A stretch of DNA of 64,000 nt from Geosiphon pyriformis uo1 (taxonomy: Eukaryota > Fungi > Glomeromycota), in assembly GCA_016748015.1 (NCBI GenBank), contig JAAOMT010000694.1, positions 186,001 through 250,000 on the forward strand. Reading direction: 5' to 3'. Below the pieces are notes generated by a model that saw only the letters and a list, made by a program, of their open reading frames with translations, was not told where the DNA came from and ran no database searches. A program made the translations under genes and the position numbers. Each line of letters starts with the position of its first letter. Positions within the stretch are counted from its first letter, which is position 1. Positions 39,866-52,466 of the stretch are shown piece by piece.

Positions 39866-42800
39866 ATATTAAAAAATAGAAAAGATATTGGTAAGACCAA
39901 AAGGCATGATAGTGAATTTATAAATGCCATACTTAATAATGAAAGCAGTTTTTTTTTCTGCTTTTTGGATCTATTTCTACTTGCCAAAATTTAGCAGTTA
40001 GATTAATAATTGAAAAAAAGCAGCACTATTAAATTGATCTATTATTGCATTAATTTTGAGAAGTTAATATATGTTTCTTTTAGTAATAATATTTAATTGA
40101 CAGTAGTTAACACAAAAGCATAGGGTTCTGTCTTTTTTAAATATTACTATAATTAAAAATACTTATTTATTTTTGGTTTTTTGTATAAAATCAAAATTTT
40201 TTATCCAGTTTATTTCTTTTTTGATAAATTCATTATTGTAACAATTGGATTGATAAGACTTTAAATAGATAGAATGAGTTTTTCTGATGGTAATAATATG
40301 TTGTATTATATAAGTATATCCAGAAATATTATCTTCTTTTAAGATAACTAGACTGTTTTTAGCCAACAGATTTTTAATGTTTATTTTTTTTTTCTTCTTA
40401 GAAGAATTTTTTTGGTTCTATAGCTAGTAATTGGATTTTAAATAATTCATTTTCAAAGAACTTTTGTACTTTTTTTAATTTTTTTTTGGTATTAAGCTAA
40501 TGAGTTTTCAATCTTTATAATAAATTAGACAAATTTTGCATTTATTACTAAAAAAATACAAAGATTTATTGTACTAGTACTAAGCATAAGAACTGTGTCA
40601 TCAATAATTGTATTTGGTTTTCTTATTAGGCTTTCTATTAAAGATTCTTTTAAGAATATCATAGTAGAGCCAGCAGATTAATTTGCTATTTACAATAATT
40701 TTTTCTTTGTTAGTTTTAATATTAACTAATGACTTGTTATTATTAGTAAAGATAATATAGATGAGTTTGGTAGTTTTTTTTTGTTCTTTTTTTTATTGCT
40801 TTTTTTATCATTTAATTTATCTAATTGTTCCTTTTTTTGGTTTTGTTTGAGTATTAAAAAAGTTGTTTAATAGTAATACTTAATTATAATAGACTTCTTA
40901 TTATATCTAATAGTTAATTCACACAGTTTATAATCAAGTAATGCTTTTGCTTTCTTGAATTATTTATTATTAACAATTATAATGTACTCTTTAACTTTAG
41001 ATACTTTCATGTCAGTTTCAATACTAATGTTATTAATGTAAACAGAAACAGCTTTGACAATACCAAATCTTTTTTTTTTGTTATTATGGACATTGGTTAT
41101 AGGTCTTGTTAAGAATTCATTAATCTTTCTACTAATGGCTTTTAGAAAATATTTGACAATAATACTTATAGATAATCTACTGTTTAGAATTAAGTCAATA
41201 AAATAGCCAGCCACTTGGGTTTTGCAAATTAGAGAAATAACATTGATATTGTTAGCAAGTTTAGCTTGGCAAAAGCACTTGTTGGTTTTTGGTGTTTTTT
41301 TTTTTAGGATTAATAATTTGCAAAAAATTTTTCTGAATTGTGAATGGGTTATTAACTAACCAAAAATAATGTAAACTGGAGTTTCTATAAGATCTTTGAA
41401 AACAAAATAAGATTCAGATTTTGTACAATTTTTAGAGGTTCTAACTTTAAAAAATTCTTAAAAACTTTGGTTTTTGGTGGTTTATTGTTATTAACAGTAA
41501 AAGTTGAGGCTTTATTAGAATCTAAAGTAAAATTAATCTTGGCTTTCTTCTTTTTTTTTGTAACTTCAGAGGAGTTAATAGCCAGTTTATTTATATCATG
41601 ATTATTATTAGTTAAATTAAAAGTGAAAAAAGACTTTTCTTCTAATTGGTCTGTACTTTTACTCTTTGGAAGTGTACTTACTAGTTTAAAGGCTAATAAA
41701 TAATGGCTTCAACAAAAAATTTTTTTTCAAAGAAATTAATGTTAACATGATCAGGCCTTTAATTGAGAGCATTGTTGTTACTGGTTCTGTTGTTTTAATT
41801 ATCATTATTTTTAGAAGCTGGTAAAGATAAAAAAAGATTGTTGCAATCTCTTAAAAAATATCTAGTCAATCTACAATAATAGTATACAGAGAGACCATAA
41901 TTTTGTTGTTTTTGATAAAAAAACTGCTAAAGTTGATTAAAATAGAATTCAAATTTAGGTTTTTGAAATTGTTAAGTTTTTCTAACTGCTTGAGTTAAAG
42001 ACTTTAATAATTAGGCAAAATTGGCTATAAGTCTATTTATTAATTGTTTATTGGGATCTTGAATTTGGACAGCAAAAGAAATATCAGTCATTTAAAGAGC
42101 AAAAGCAAAAACTAAAAGAGTAAATTCCAAATGCATTTTTTAATTGTTTTCAATTTTTTGTGTAAATTCAATAATCATATCTATTGTAAAATTATTTTTA
42201 AAACCAAGAAAGATCATAAAGCATAAGATAAATTAATTCTTAATCTTTTTGTAAAAGAGTAAATCTTTTGCTTTTTAGTCTAGTTTTTTTCAGAGTTTAT
42301 CTTTTTGGTAGGCTTTTTTATTGTTTTTGCATATTCAGTTACAACTTTACCAGAATTTTAAATTTTTCTTTTTAGTTTTATATATTTAGAAATCAAAATA
42401 AAAGTTTTAAATTTGTTTTCAAACTGAGTAATAAAAGAAGTGTTTTTTTTTTTAACATTTATTAATAATCCTTTAATAAGCACTAAAATCAGTTTTTTGT
42501 GAAAACCAAATAGCAAAAAAATCTTGAAAATAGCCATCAACAATTTGGAATTTGTATTTAGTATTGTATTGGTTGGCTGTAGCTGCTCTTTTAAAGTCAT
42601 TTAATTATTCAATTGGGTCTTAGATATTATTTCTAAATAATGATAGTAAAGTATTGTTTTTTTACTCTAAAACAGTTTGTATATCTTAAAAGATAGCCAG
42701 GATGTTTGTTTGCATGGAGTTAACAGTTATTAGTTCAAAAATTGCTGTTTATGTAGAATGATCTGATTACTTAAAAAGAGATCAAAAACATAAACAGTTT

Positions 42801-43249
42801 GATAGCTTTCTTCTTTTATTTCAAAAGATTGTTCAATTAATTAATGAACAACAATCCAAATATGAATTTAGTAATTCAGATATTCGAAATTAGAAGGCTG
42901 TTGTTCAAAGATTATTAAGTATAAGAGCTGATTGATGTTGTTGTTTTTTTTTTCAAAAATTTTTTTAAAATAAACTTAATTAAAGAAATAAATTGTATAA
43001 GCTGTATAGATTTTAGCTAAATACTTATTTAGAAATCAGTTCCAAAAATTTTGGAATTGTCTACTAGATTGTTTTCCAACAGAAAAACATATTAAACAGA
43101 AAAACAGAAGATTGAGTTTAATAAAATTTAGATTATTTCTGTTGTGTGCTACAAAGTGTTTTTCTAATTATTATGACAGATATGAATAATTATTTATACA
43201 ATAAAAAACAAAGTGAATTTTAACAACCTTATAAAAAATACTACTTTTA

Positions 43250-43911
43250 TGTTATGAGTTGGAGTAATAAGTTAACAGATAGCAAGAAAAAACAGAATTG
43301 TATAGTGATAAAATAGATAAAAAAAAATTCAACTTTAAGGAACAAATTGAATAAGTATGGATTTAATGTATAAGATTAGTCTCATAAAATATCTCAGTTG
43401 CTATTTTTTTTAAAAAATAACCAAAAAATCTGAAAGTAGAAAAATAGTTTATATTGTCAATAAATAATAACACACTGGTATAATTTTATGTCTTATATTG
43501 ATGCTTTTAAAATTTAATATTAGGTATTAAATATGCTTTTCAGTCATATTTTATTTAATAATCTTCAAATATTACAATTACACAAATTAGAAAAAGAATA
43601 AAAAAATGTCAACAAATAATCTTTTATTTTAAAATGTTCAAATACTTGAAAATAAAGAAAAAAAAATAAGTAATATGAGAAAAATTGAGATAATAGTTAT
43701 TATTTTATTTATTTTATATTTTATATTTAATTATTAATATATATTTTCTATAGTTAAGAGATTTATTACCTATATAACTATTGAAAATAGTTAATGGTCA
43801 AGTCATTAATTAGGTCAATAATTACTATCTAAAAATAAAGTGGCTAATTATATAATATCAATAACTAATATATGTAATAACTAATAAAAACTATGATTTT
43901 TAAATATTATA
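43250..43911 (-). repeat. C1 5' LTR
   Basis: TGTTATGAGTTGGAG start, decayed PBS at ~43227-43243; right end approximate. Confidence 0.8.
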
Positions 43912-44034
43912 TTATTTTTTCAATTAATAAATATTGATATTATCAAATCTTTTAAAAACAAATATAAGCACTTATATTATTAATCAATTTAAACAAAAAA
44001 TTAATATTGAATAGTTAAGTAAAATAATATATAT

Positions 44035-44036
<2 letters not shown>

Positions 44037-44087
<51 letters not shown>
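44037..44087. repeat. (TAT)n microsatellite in AT desert
   Basis: ~17 perfect TAT units. Confidence 0.95.
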
Positions 44088-44091
<4 letters not shown>

Positions 44092-45445
44092 TATATAATT
44101 TTATTTAATATTAATTTATTTTTTAGACATAAATTAAACATAAAACAAATAATTGATTATGTTGTTCAATTATAATTTCAAATAACAATTGTTATAATTC
44201 AAAATTTTTGGCAAAAAACAAATATTTTTCTCTATAATCAAAATTCAAAAATTCAAAAATTCAAAACATTAATTGTTATAAATATAATTAACAATTTATT
44301 ATCAAATACATAATAATTAGTCAAAAATTTTAAAGATTGTATAATAGTTAATAAATTATTGACAATTAAAAATATTCTTAATAATAATAAAATTGTAAAT
44401 ATAATTTAATTAATGCTTAAATTAAACTAATACAATTAATAACTTAGAAAAAAAATTAAAAAAATCTTTATATGTTATAATTACAGTTACAAATACATAT
44501 AAAACATTAAAAAAGGTAATTAGATTTAAAAAACAATTAGCAAAAAAAAATTTTAATATAAAAAACTAAAAAAAATTATATGAATATGAAAAAATAAAGA
44601 AAAATTCTAAAAAACAAATAACAATTAATCAATATTTTAATAATAATAATAATAATAATAATAATTGATTAATTTAAATAAATAAATATAATTTATTTAA
44701 TAATAATTATAAAACTCTATAATAAAACATTTATATAATAAAACATAATTTGCATGTTTCAATTGTGTTCTTTTATAAAGATCTAATTATATAATATTAT
44801 TTTGTTAACAATTACAAACTATTTTTAAAAAATTAATTATATATATTAAATTTTTACTTATTTAATTTGTCTTTTTTTTTTGCTATTTGTTAATTTGTTA
44901 CTTCAATTTATAAAAATAAGTTTTTTTAAATGGACTTAGTCAAAAAAATATACAAAGTAAATAGTATAAATATTAGCCAAATATTTATTTAAAAACCAGT
45001 TCTAAAAGTTTGAAAAATGTTAATAAATTGATTTTAAGATTTTGATTAAAAATTTTATATAAGTATTTTTATTATATGAGAATAAAAAAGTAATTGCCAA
45101 TAATTTTGCAACAGACCGTAGATAGCCATCAACCTCACGAGGTTATTTTCTTGAAAAATATGGCCTTTAGTGTGCAAACTCAACACTTAACTTGAAATTG
45201 CAGCTGCGTGGCGAGTTGAATTTCATGTAATTTGAGCGCATTCTTGAATCTATTAGATTGTTTTAATTTTGACATAGATCACTTTATTATCAAAAAAACG
45301 TTTTAGAGTTTAGATAAGAAATGATAATGAGAATTAATTTAATCACAAGAAATAAATCAAAATAAAACAATAAAAAGTGGGAGAAAAACTTGATTCACAG
45401 CCATCACATTTCACAATTTTTTGCTTCCAGATTGATCAATGTAGA

Positions 45446-46882
45446 CTAGTAAATTCCTGGCAATTCCTCTTCCAATAGCATTCCTATGTCGTTATCTTCA
45501 TCCTCATCTTCATCGACAATTGAATCATTATCACTTTGTAAAAGGTCATCAAAAGCATTATCTGAAAGAATTACTCCTTCATGTAATGCGTCAACTTTAC
45601 GTCGCATGACCTTACGCATCTTTACAATTTGTGATTTCTTGAAAAATCCATATTGTCTTTGGCACTTGTCTGAAAGACCGTCTGTTGAATTTATAAGAGA
45701 TTTCAGTAGTTCATCTTCGATATCACACATTTGAAAAACAGCCACATCTCGGCATCTTGTTTTGCCGTCAAAAATGTGACCGATTTGTGGATCGCTAGTA
45801 ATTATATCAGCCATGTCATCTACAACATAGTCTGATTGTCGTCGTAAAACTCGCTTGGCCCGATCTGTCCTTACTGGACGCTTATTGTTACGAATATCAA
45901 GAAGCTGATAAAATCGTGCATCCCGATCTTTCCGCGGATCAAAACCGTAGCGGGTCCAACAATCCCGCCAAGGCCCATTTACCATCCAATAAGCGTATAA
46001 TGGGAGCAGCCTTTTGATTATCTTCTTATCCTCCAAGCCTAACGAACTCTCCAATGCAAGTCTAGTCCAGACGGGACGTTTTTTAAATAATTTTTGCATT
46101 TTATCACGACTCTCTAATGGGGTTTTATGAATATGTTTTTTGGCCTCTTGAGGAGGTCCATCTGGAACAATTCTTGTATCAAATGTAATTGACAAAGCTA
46201 CGAACTTTCTTCGGCGGCTACGATTGATTAACCTAATTGTGGGTATATGGGTCTCATCTTTTTGAATCAAGACCTTGATTACAGCAGCATTTTGGTCATA
46301 TCCATAATCCATTGGACATTCAGTTCTCGAAAATGAGGGTGGTGGAAGATTGGGTGGCGGATCTCCTTCTTCATTTTCAATTTTGTACTCTAAATTTCCC
46401 AATCCTTCCACATCAAATTTCTCTAATGATTGCCTGAAATTCCTAATGGGGCTGTTAGGATGTACAATATGCTGGAAGTCAGCCATCCCTCTAAACCGAC
46501 AGGTTCTACTTATGATCCCCAAGATTTTAAATTCAATATGACTATTGTTGTCGTCATTATTATCCTGATCTTTATCATCTATGTTGTTTTCGAAGTTATT
46601 ACCATTATATTTAGATTTCTTGCGCCAGCGTGTCACTTTAGTCAGTAAATTTGCAGTAGGAATAATATCCCCATTGATAGGATGGCAAAAAGGATCATCT
46701 GGACGAAATCGAAGTTCCACTAGATCTTGGTTGACTGCTTTATTTAATCCTCTCTGACCTCCGAGTGTTTTTAAAACATTTTCGAGGTTCTTTACATAGC
46801 CGGGATACTCGACCGCAAAAAAATGTTTCGCTGGAATCCCAAGACATGGTGCTTGTTCATAATCTGGTTGTTCAGAATCCAT
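45446..46882 (-). CDS. TFC1: RNA polymerase III transcription factor TFIIIC subunit tau95 (Tfc1/Sfc1/GTF3C5), 478 aa, intronless
   Basis: FFAVEYPGYVKN...TLGG...LRFRPDDPFCHPI...FRGMADFQ; LFKKRPVWTRLAL; AYWMVNGPWRDCWTRYGFDPRKD; acidic tail. First ATG (MDSEQP) at 46882. Confidence 0.93.
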   Translation of the reverse strand: MDSEQPDYEQAPCLGIPAKHFFAVEYPGYVKNLENVLKTLGGQRGLNKAVNQDLVELRFRPDDPFCHPINGDIIPTANLLTKVTRWRKKSKYNGNNFENNIDDKDQDNNDDNNSHIEFKILGIISRTCRFRGMADFQHIVHPNSPIRNFRQSLEKFDVEGLGNLEYKIENEEGDPPPNLPPPSFSRTECPMDYGYDQNAAVIKVLIQKDETHIPTIRLINRSRRRKFVALSITFDTRIVPDGPPQEAKKHIHKTPLESRDKMQKLFKKRPVWTRLALESSLGLEDKKIIKRLLPLYAYWMVNGPWRDCWTRYGFDPRKDRDARFYQLLDIRNNKRPVRTDRAKRVLRRQSDYVVDDMADIITSDPQIGHIFDGKTRCRDVAVFQMCDIEDELLKSLINSTDGLSDKCQRQYGFFKKSQIVKMRKVMRRKVDALHEGVILSDNAFDDLLQSDNDSIVDEDEDEDNDIGMLLEEELPGIY

Positions 46883-47087
46883 TATGCCTTTGTTTTGGTA
46901 AAGAAACTTGGGGACAAAATTCAAATGTAAATAATCAATGATGCACCTTTTAATTAGTGGCACTGTGCACACTGTATAATGTGGATAGTAGGTGTCGTCA
47001 TAGAAAAAACGCGTCCTATTTGGGAAAAGCAAATAAATCTAATACGTGTCGAGAAATTTTGGCTCGCTACCAAATGACGGAGAAAAT
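46883..47087. promoter_or_regulatory. Putative bidirectional promoter, TFC1/WDR8
   Basis: 205 bp between divergent start codons; ACGCGT at 47009-47014. Confidence 0.55.
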
Positions 47088-49200
47088 ATGGATTTCACAG
47101 AACTCTACAAACAATCTTTATATCTTAGTCAATTTTCCCCGAATGGGCAATTCTTGGCTACTGCTTACAGAAACAAACTCGTTATTCGTGATTCTAACAC
47201 TTTAGAAGTAATTGTCATTCATACCAGTGCAGAAATCATTCAAAGCATAGCTTGGTCCCCTGACTCAGAACTTTTGCTCGCCGGTTGTTTTAAATCCGGA
47301 GCTGTGTACATTTGGGGGGTATATGACGAGGAATGGAACGCTAAAATTGAAGAGGGAACTGTGGGATTGACTAATGCTAAGTGGAGTCCTGATGGGAGAA
47401 GCGTATTGTGTTTCTCCGATTTTCAAGTATGATTCGTTCGAATTTTAAAACAGCTTCATTTAATCATTAAAAAACTTTGATTTCTGCCTAACTTGGAGGT
47501 ACGAATAACAATATGGTCATTAATTTCTCGAGAGGCATGTTACATTCAATTCCCGAAATATTCTGAAAAAGGTAAATAGAGAAACTTCGTTTCTCGGTAC
47601 AACTTGTATAGTTTTATTAAAGATTAATTCTATATTGTTTCTATACGTCCTGAAAAGGATTTGATTTTCGAAAAGATGGCAAATATTTTATTCTTGCCGA
47701 ACGTCGTGACGGTAAAGATTATATCGGGATTTACGATTGCAATAATGCATGGAGATTATTAAAGGTCATTTTTTTTCTGATTAATACTGTTTGATTTAAT
47801 TAAACCATAATTTTATCTTTTGTTTCTTTTAACGACATGGGTCTTTGTTCACAGCATTTCGTGGTGGACACCGTAGATTTGGAGAATCTAGCTTGGTCCC
47901 CCGATGGACGGTATATTGCAGTATGGGATAATCGCATTGATGTATGTAACTATTCTTTTAGTCGCAAAATTCCAAATGCTTAATATAAACTTTCTGGTTA
48001 ATTAAAAGTATAGAGTTCTCATATATACACCTGATGGCAGGTGCCAAAAATCATATTCTGCCTATGAGATGGAGTTAGGTGTCAAAACGGCAACATGGGC
48101 CCCTTCCAGTCAGTTCTTAGCTGTTAGCAGCTACGACCAAAAGGTAAACTCTTAATATCAACCACACATTACTTTATTTCCCAAAGAGCTACCATTATTT
48201 AGAAGCTTTCTGCAAAAAAAAACCAAAAAACGACGGATGACGGGTAGCCTTTTTCTTCCTATAGATTCGTTTCCTTAATCATTACAACTGGTCACCAACA
48301 ATTGAATTTCTCCATACCAGTCCGGTCAATGATATACCAGATTTGGTAATCTCTCAAAATTTTCATTTGTTAACGATTTTTGCAACGTTCTAAATTTTCT
48401 TAATGTCACAAATAGACCATTCTGAGAGAAGTAAGCGAGGGAGAATCCAAAGACTATGGCCGCTCTATAATAAAGTGTAAGATGAATTTACAATAAAAAT
48501 ATTATTGCATTTCCAATTCACTAATACATTTCTTTATTGGGGATATTTTCACTAAGATGTGATTCAGGATCAGCCAATAGAGCTCCTTTCAATTCGCCCA
48601 GACCCTGAAAAGCCAAATCCCCGACTGGGAGTGGGGCTCTGTAAATTCAATGCGAATGGGACATTAGTTGCTTCCCGCAATGGTGCAGTATATTTTCCAA
48701 GCTAATTTAGTCTTTATAGATCCAACATCAAGGATTTTGTTATTCTGATTTACTTAACTCTCCTTCGCTTTTCCGCACATCTACAAGATAACATGCCAAA
48801 TTGTTTGTGGATATGGGATATATCTATGCTGAAACCCATTGTGTTATTTATCCAATTGATGCCAATAAAGAATTTCCATTGGAACCCGCAAGATCCCCAC
48901 CAGTTGGTACTGTTTTGTGGTTCAGAGTATCTTTATTTATGGTCTGGCGAGGAAATAGGCGCTGAAATTATTCAAGTTCCTCAAGGTAGGGGGATTCTTT
49001 TATCACTTATTTTATTTGGAATGTACTAAATAGGGGATTCATATATAGTCAACTTTCTCGTGAATAACCTTCGATGGAACCCTTCTGGTCAGTCATTATT
49101 ACTTATGGATAAAGAAGTATTTTGTGTTTCATTTTTTGTCAATGAGGATAACGAATCCTATGGGGAGGGAGATATCTCGAGTGTCTTGACTCATTATTAA
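47088..49200 (+). CDS. WRAP73: WD40 protein WDR8/WRAP73 (centrosome/SPB). 10 exons: 47088-47426, 47499-47571, 47658-47764, 47855-47941, 48009-48143, 48265-48345, 48416-48476, 48557-48682, 48788-48985, 49049-49200
   Basis: MDFTELYKQS..FSPNGQFLA..LVIRD..W.AKIEEG..GL...WSPDGR..RITIWS..IQFPK..RPDPEKPNPRLGV..RNDNMPNCLWIWD match the WDR8 family; GT-AG introns keep frame. Confidence 0.92.
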
Positions 49201-49337
49201 AAAGATTGAGAGTTTTCATTGTTTAATTTCGATTAATTTTAATTTTAATTTGTTCAAGATACAAATTTAAGTGTCCATATTTTACTTTGCATTCTTGTAA
49301 AACTAAATACAAAAGATCCTCAAACATATTCTAGAGA

Positions 49338-50637
49338 CTAATAATAGATAGTGGAAGCTGGTTTTTGTATTTTGAGCGAGTAATCGATATGGGGCACACC
49401 TTGAGATAAACTACCCATACTGATAATATCAATATCTTGAATAAAAGTAAATTAACGAATTAAACTCTAGCATGTTAAAAAGTACCTTTGTCGAATAAGA
49501 TAGAAATTAAATATACCTGGCGAAAAGAAATTAATAATGTTATCTTCAGTGACTCCGCCACTAGATTCGACCAAAAAGTGTTTATGAGTCCAACGAGATT
49601 TTAACGATTTCGCCACTTTTTTCAGCCCTTCACCAGACATATTATCAAGCATCACTATGTCAGCACCAGATTTGATTGCTTCATCTGCTTCTGCCTCAGT
49701 GCGGCACTCTACTTCGATTTTTAACGAGAAACTAGCGACTGAACGAGCGCGTTTCACAGCCTTTGTAATGGAACCTAGGTTTGAGGGAAAGTTAGCAAAT
49801 CATCAGAAACTTACAAAGCATAAGAGTTACCTTGACTCCAAATGTGATTATCCTTTAACATTATCATGGTGGATAAGTCAATACGATGAGTATCTGCTCC
49901 GCCAACAACCATTCCATATTTCTCCACCATTCGAAATCCTAATAAATGCTATTGTATTAATTTCTGGTGTATATTTTCAAAGATTCAGATGAATAAAAAG
50001 TTACCAGGAGTGGTTTTTCGCGTTCCTGCAATAATGCCTTTGAAGCTATGCTTCGCCTTTAAGTCAACGCAGCGTTTAGCTCTATTGAAAAACGAGCTCA
50101 GTAAAGATGGCTTTGTACAAATTTATTAATGAGGGAAGCACAGGCTCAAAAAAGGAAGTACCTCGTAGCAATGCCACTACAGCGGGCCAGTATATTCAGT
50201 GCTGTTCGTTCGCCCAAGAGTATCTTGCGCGCTGGGCCGTAAACTCGTGCTACTTCTTTGATTGGTTCAAAATGTTCTCCTTCCTCACAAACCCACTCAA
50301 CTCTAAAAATTATTTATAACATGAGTCGTAATTGGGAATTATAACGCTCTCACAGACTATCTAACCAGACCTGCAGTCCAACTGATTAAAAACTTCTTCA
50401 AAAAATGGGACACCGGCTAATATGCCCTGTTTAGAGAAGGAAGAATAGTTGAAGAGTAAAGAAATTTAAATGCGTATAGTGAAATAGACTAACAGGAGTT
50501 TTCGCCAATATTACGGCAACTTCTGGAGTTTCTCCAACGACATATCCCCCATAGTCAAATGAAGGAACATCTTCTTGTAACCAAACTTGAATGGCTTTCT
50601 TGTAATTTGGAGGAAGAAGATAACTATAAGATTCCAT
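49338..50637 (-). CDS. BNA6: Nicotinate-nucleotide pyrophosphorylase (quinolinate phosphoribosyltransferase), multi-exon
   Basis: [107 protein letters not shown]. Confidence 0.95.
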
Positions 50638-51180
50638 TAAAATTTTTTGTGAATGGAAATGATCACCAGAAGACAGTTTTGACAAATTTATTTAAAATAA
50701 AATATTTATTTATCTGTATAACTTTTTTATTAATTTAATTACATAATGTATATACATATTTGTATAAGTGTAAATTATGTATTTTTTTTACATTTTATGT
50801 TAATATTATTATGGTTAAAAATTATAGTTTTTATTAATTATTACATGTATTAGCCACTAATATTATATAATTAGCCACTTTATTTTTAGAAAATAATTAA
50901 TAATCTGATTATTGACCTAATTGTTAACTTAATTAATAACTTAATTATTAATCTAATTGTTAATTTGATTATTAATCATTTTAAACAGCTATATAAATAA
51001 TATATCTTTTAGCTTTAAAAAAACATATTCAAATATACAAAATATATACAAATCAAAATAATAAAAATCATTTTTAAAATATTTAATTCTTTCTAATTTA
51101 CTATCTTTTTATTTTTTTAAGTATCTAAATATTTTTGAATAAAAGATTATTTGTTAGTATTTACTTATAACTATTAGTAT

Positions 51181-51799
51181 TGTTACAGGTTGGAGTAACA
51201 AGCTAATGGATAGCAAGAGAGAACAGTATTGTATAGTGATGGAAATAAACAAAGAGGGAATTACAATAAGGGAGCGAATTAAATAAGTAGGAATTCAATG
51301 TGCGTAATCAGTCTCATAAAAATCACAGTCGCTAATCTTTTCTTAAATCTGAAGGTAGAGGAATAGTCTGTGATTGTCAACAAAATAACACTGCTGCTAT
51401 TATTCTATGCCTCAACTTGGCGATTCTTAGAATCAATAATAGGTATCATTGTGTTTTTTAATCATTTCTTTATTCAATAAATTACAAGAGCAAGCCAATT
51501 GCTTCTCAGGCTAATTCTAACAAATACAAATCAAGAAGGGGAAAAGATAAGATATGTGAATACCAACAAGTAGATACTTGAAGGTAAGGAAAGAGGAATA
51601 AGCGATTATAAGAGGAAGTAATTGATATTGTTTTATTTCGTTACTTTTATCATGTCTTTCTACAGCTAAGGGAATCATCACTTATATAGCTATCTAAAGT
51701 GGTCAACGATCACTATCTAAAAATAGGGTGGCTAATTATATGACATCAGTGGCTAATACATGTAATAACTAATAAAAACTATGGATTTCAACCATAACA
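51181..51799 (-). repeat. C3 3' LTR (619 bp)
   Basis: TGTTAC...ATAACA; 60 bp shorter than its partner, in the minisatellite. Confidence 0.93.
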
Positions 51800-52425
51800 T
51801 TATCCTCTTCAAAGAGATTGAGCTCTGGTGAAATCAAGCTATTTATGGGATAGTCTATGTGAAGGATTTTGTCTAACTCAAAACTAACTAGTTTGTTGAA
51901 GTCTTTTGTGGATAGGGTATATAATACTTGAGATGAAATAAGTTTTGTATCCAAGAGACCAAATCTTTGTGTAAGAGTTCTGGCTCTTTTAGCAATGGTC
52001 AAAACTCTTAGAATATCCAATCGTATAATGCCCAAAATTTTCCCTTGTATCTCTGAAGTTGTTTTCTTCATGAGCTTCATGTCTTCTATGATTTCACCAA
52101 GATGACCATAGAGTTCTAGTTGTCTTTCATATGACAAGTTTTTGTCTATGGGCAAGATTTCTTGTATTATTTTTCCAATTGTGCTGGAAGGTGAAAGTAT
52201 CACTGCTGTTATGCTTTCCAGCAGGTATTTATCCATTTTGCCACCAATTTTTTCTCTTCTGGTAGTTGTTTTCTTTGGTCTGATAACAGTGTAAGTTCCA
52301 TTGTTGTCTGTTATGGTGGTTTGTTTTCCGATAGTCAAAGTAGCATTTGGATAGTTCTTGATCCAGTACTCATGGAGAGTATAAAAAGCGTTTTGAATGT
52401 TTTAATCCAGGAAATAATTGTTCAT
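51769..52425 (-). pseudogene. C3 ORF3 (~218 aa, unknown), single premature TAA at codon 8; stop lies inside the 3' LTR
   Basis: ATG at 52425 (MNNYFLD*NIQ); the stop is CAA in copy C2; 189-aa ORF 51769-52338; homologues at 31415-32070 and ~7580-8230. Confidence 0.7.
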
Positions 52426-52466
52426 ATTGATTGAAGATACCTCTATTTTGGGAATGGTGCATTTAT

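Larger units (their letters stand above)
6914..43911 (-). mobile_element. Ty3/Gypsy element C1 (old, heavily decayed), host of nested insertions B, C2 and E
   Basis: Paired LTRs of the same subtype at 6914-7609 and 43250-43911. Internal pieces 7610-8965, 29780-30733, 38513-39073 and 39866-43249 are collinear with element C3 once the inserts are removed. Confidence 0.85.

Noticed and set aside
43905-43916. TSD for element C1
   Set aside because: Left flank is ATAT but the right LTR end is too decayed to place exactly
45446-46882. Functional link between the TFIIIC gene and the neighbouring Ty3-like elements
   Set aside because: Ty3 targets Pol III-transcribed genes, not the gene for a TFIIIC subunit; no tRNA gene seen in the window
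46883-47032. 50-aa N-terminal extension of TFC1 in the ORF track
   Set aside because: Non-ATG start; recognisable similarity begins after MDSEQP; the region is the shared promoter
47427-49048. U12 (minor) introns in WDR8
   Set aside because: No GTATCCTT/ATATCCTT donors seen
51769-52425. ORF3 as a retroviral envelope gene
   Set aside because: Env position only; too short, with no signal peptide, no transmembrane helix and no furin site/fusion peptide arrangement
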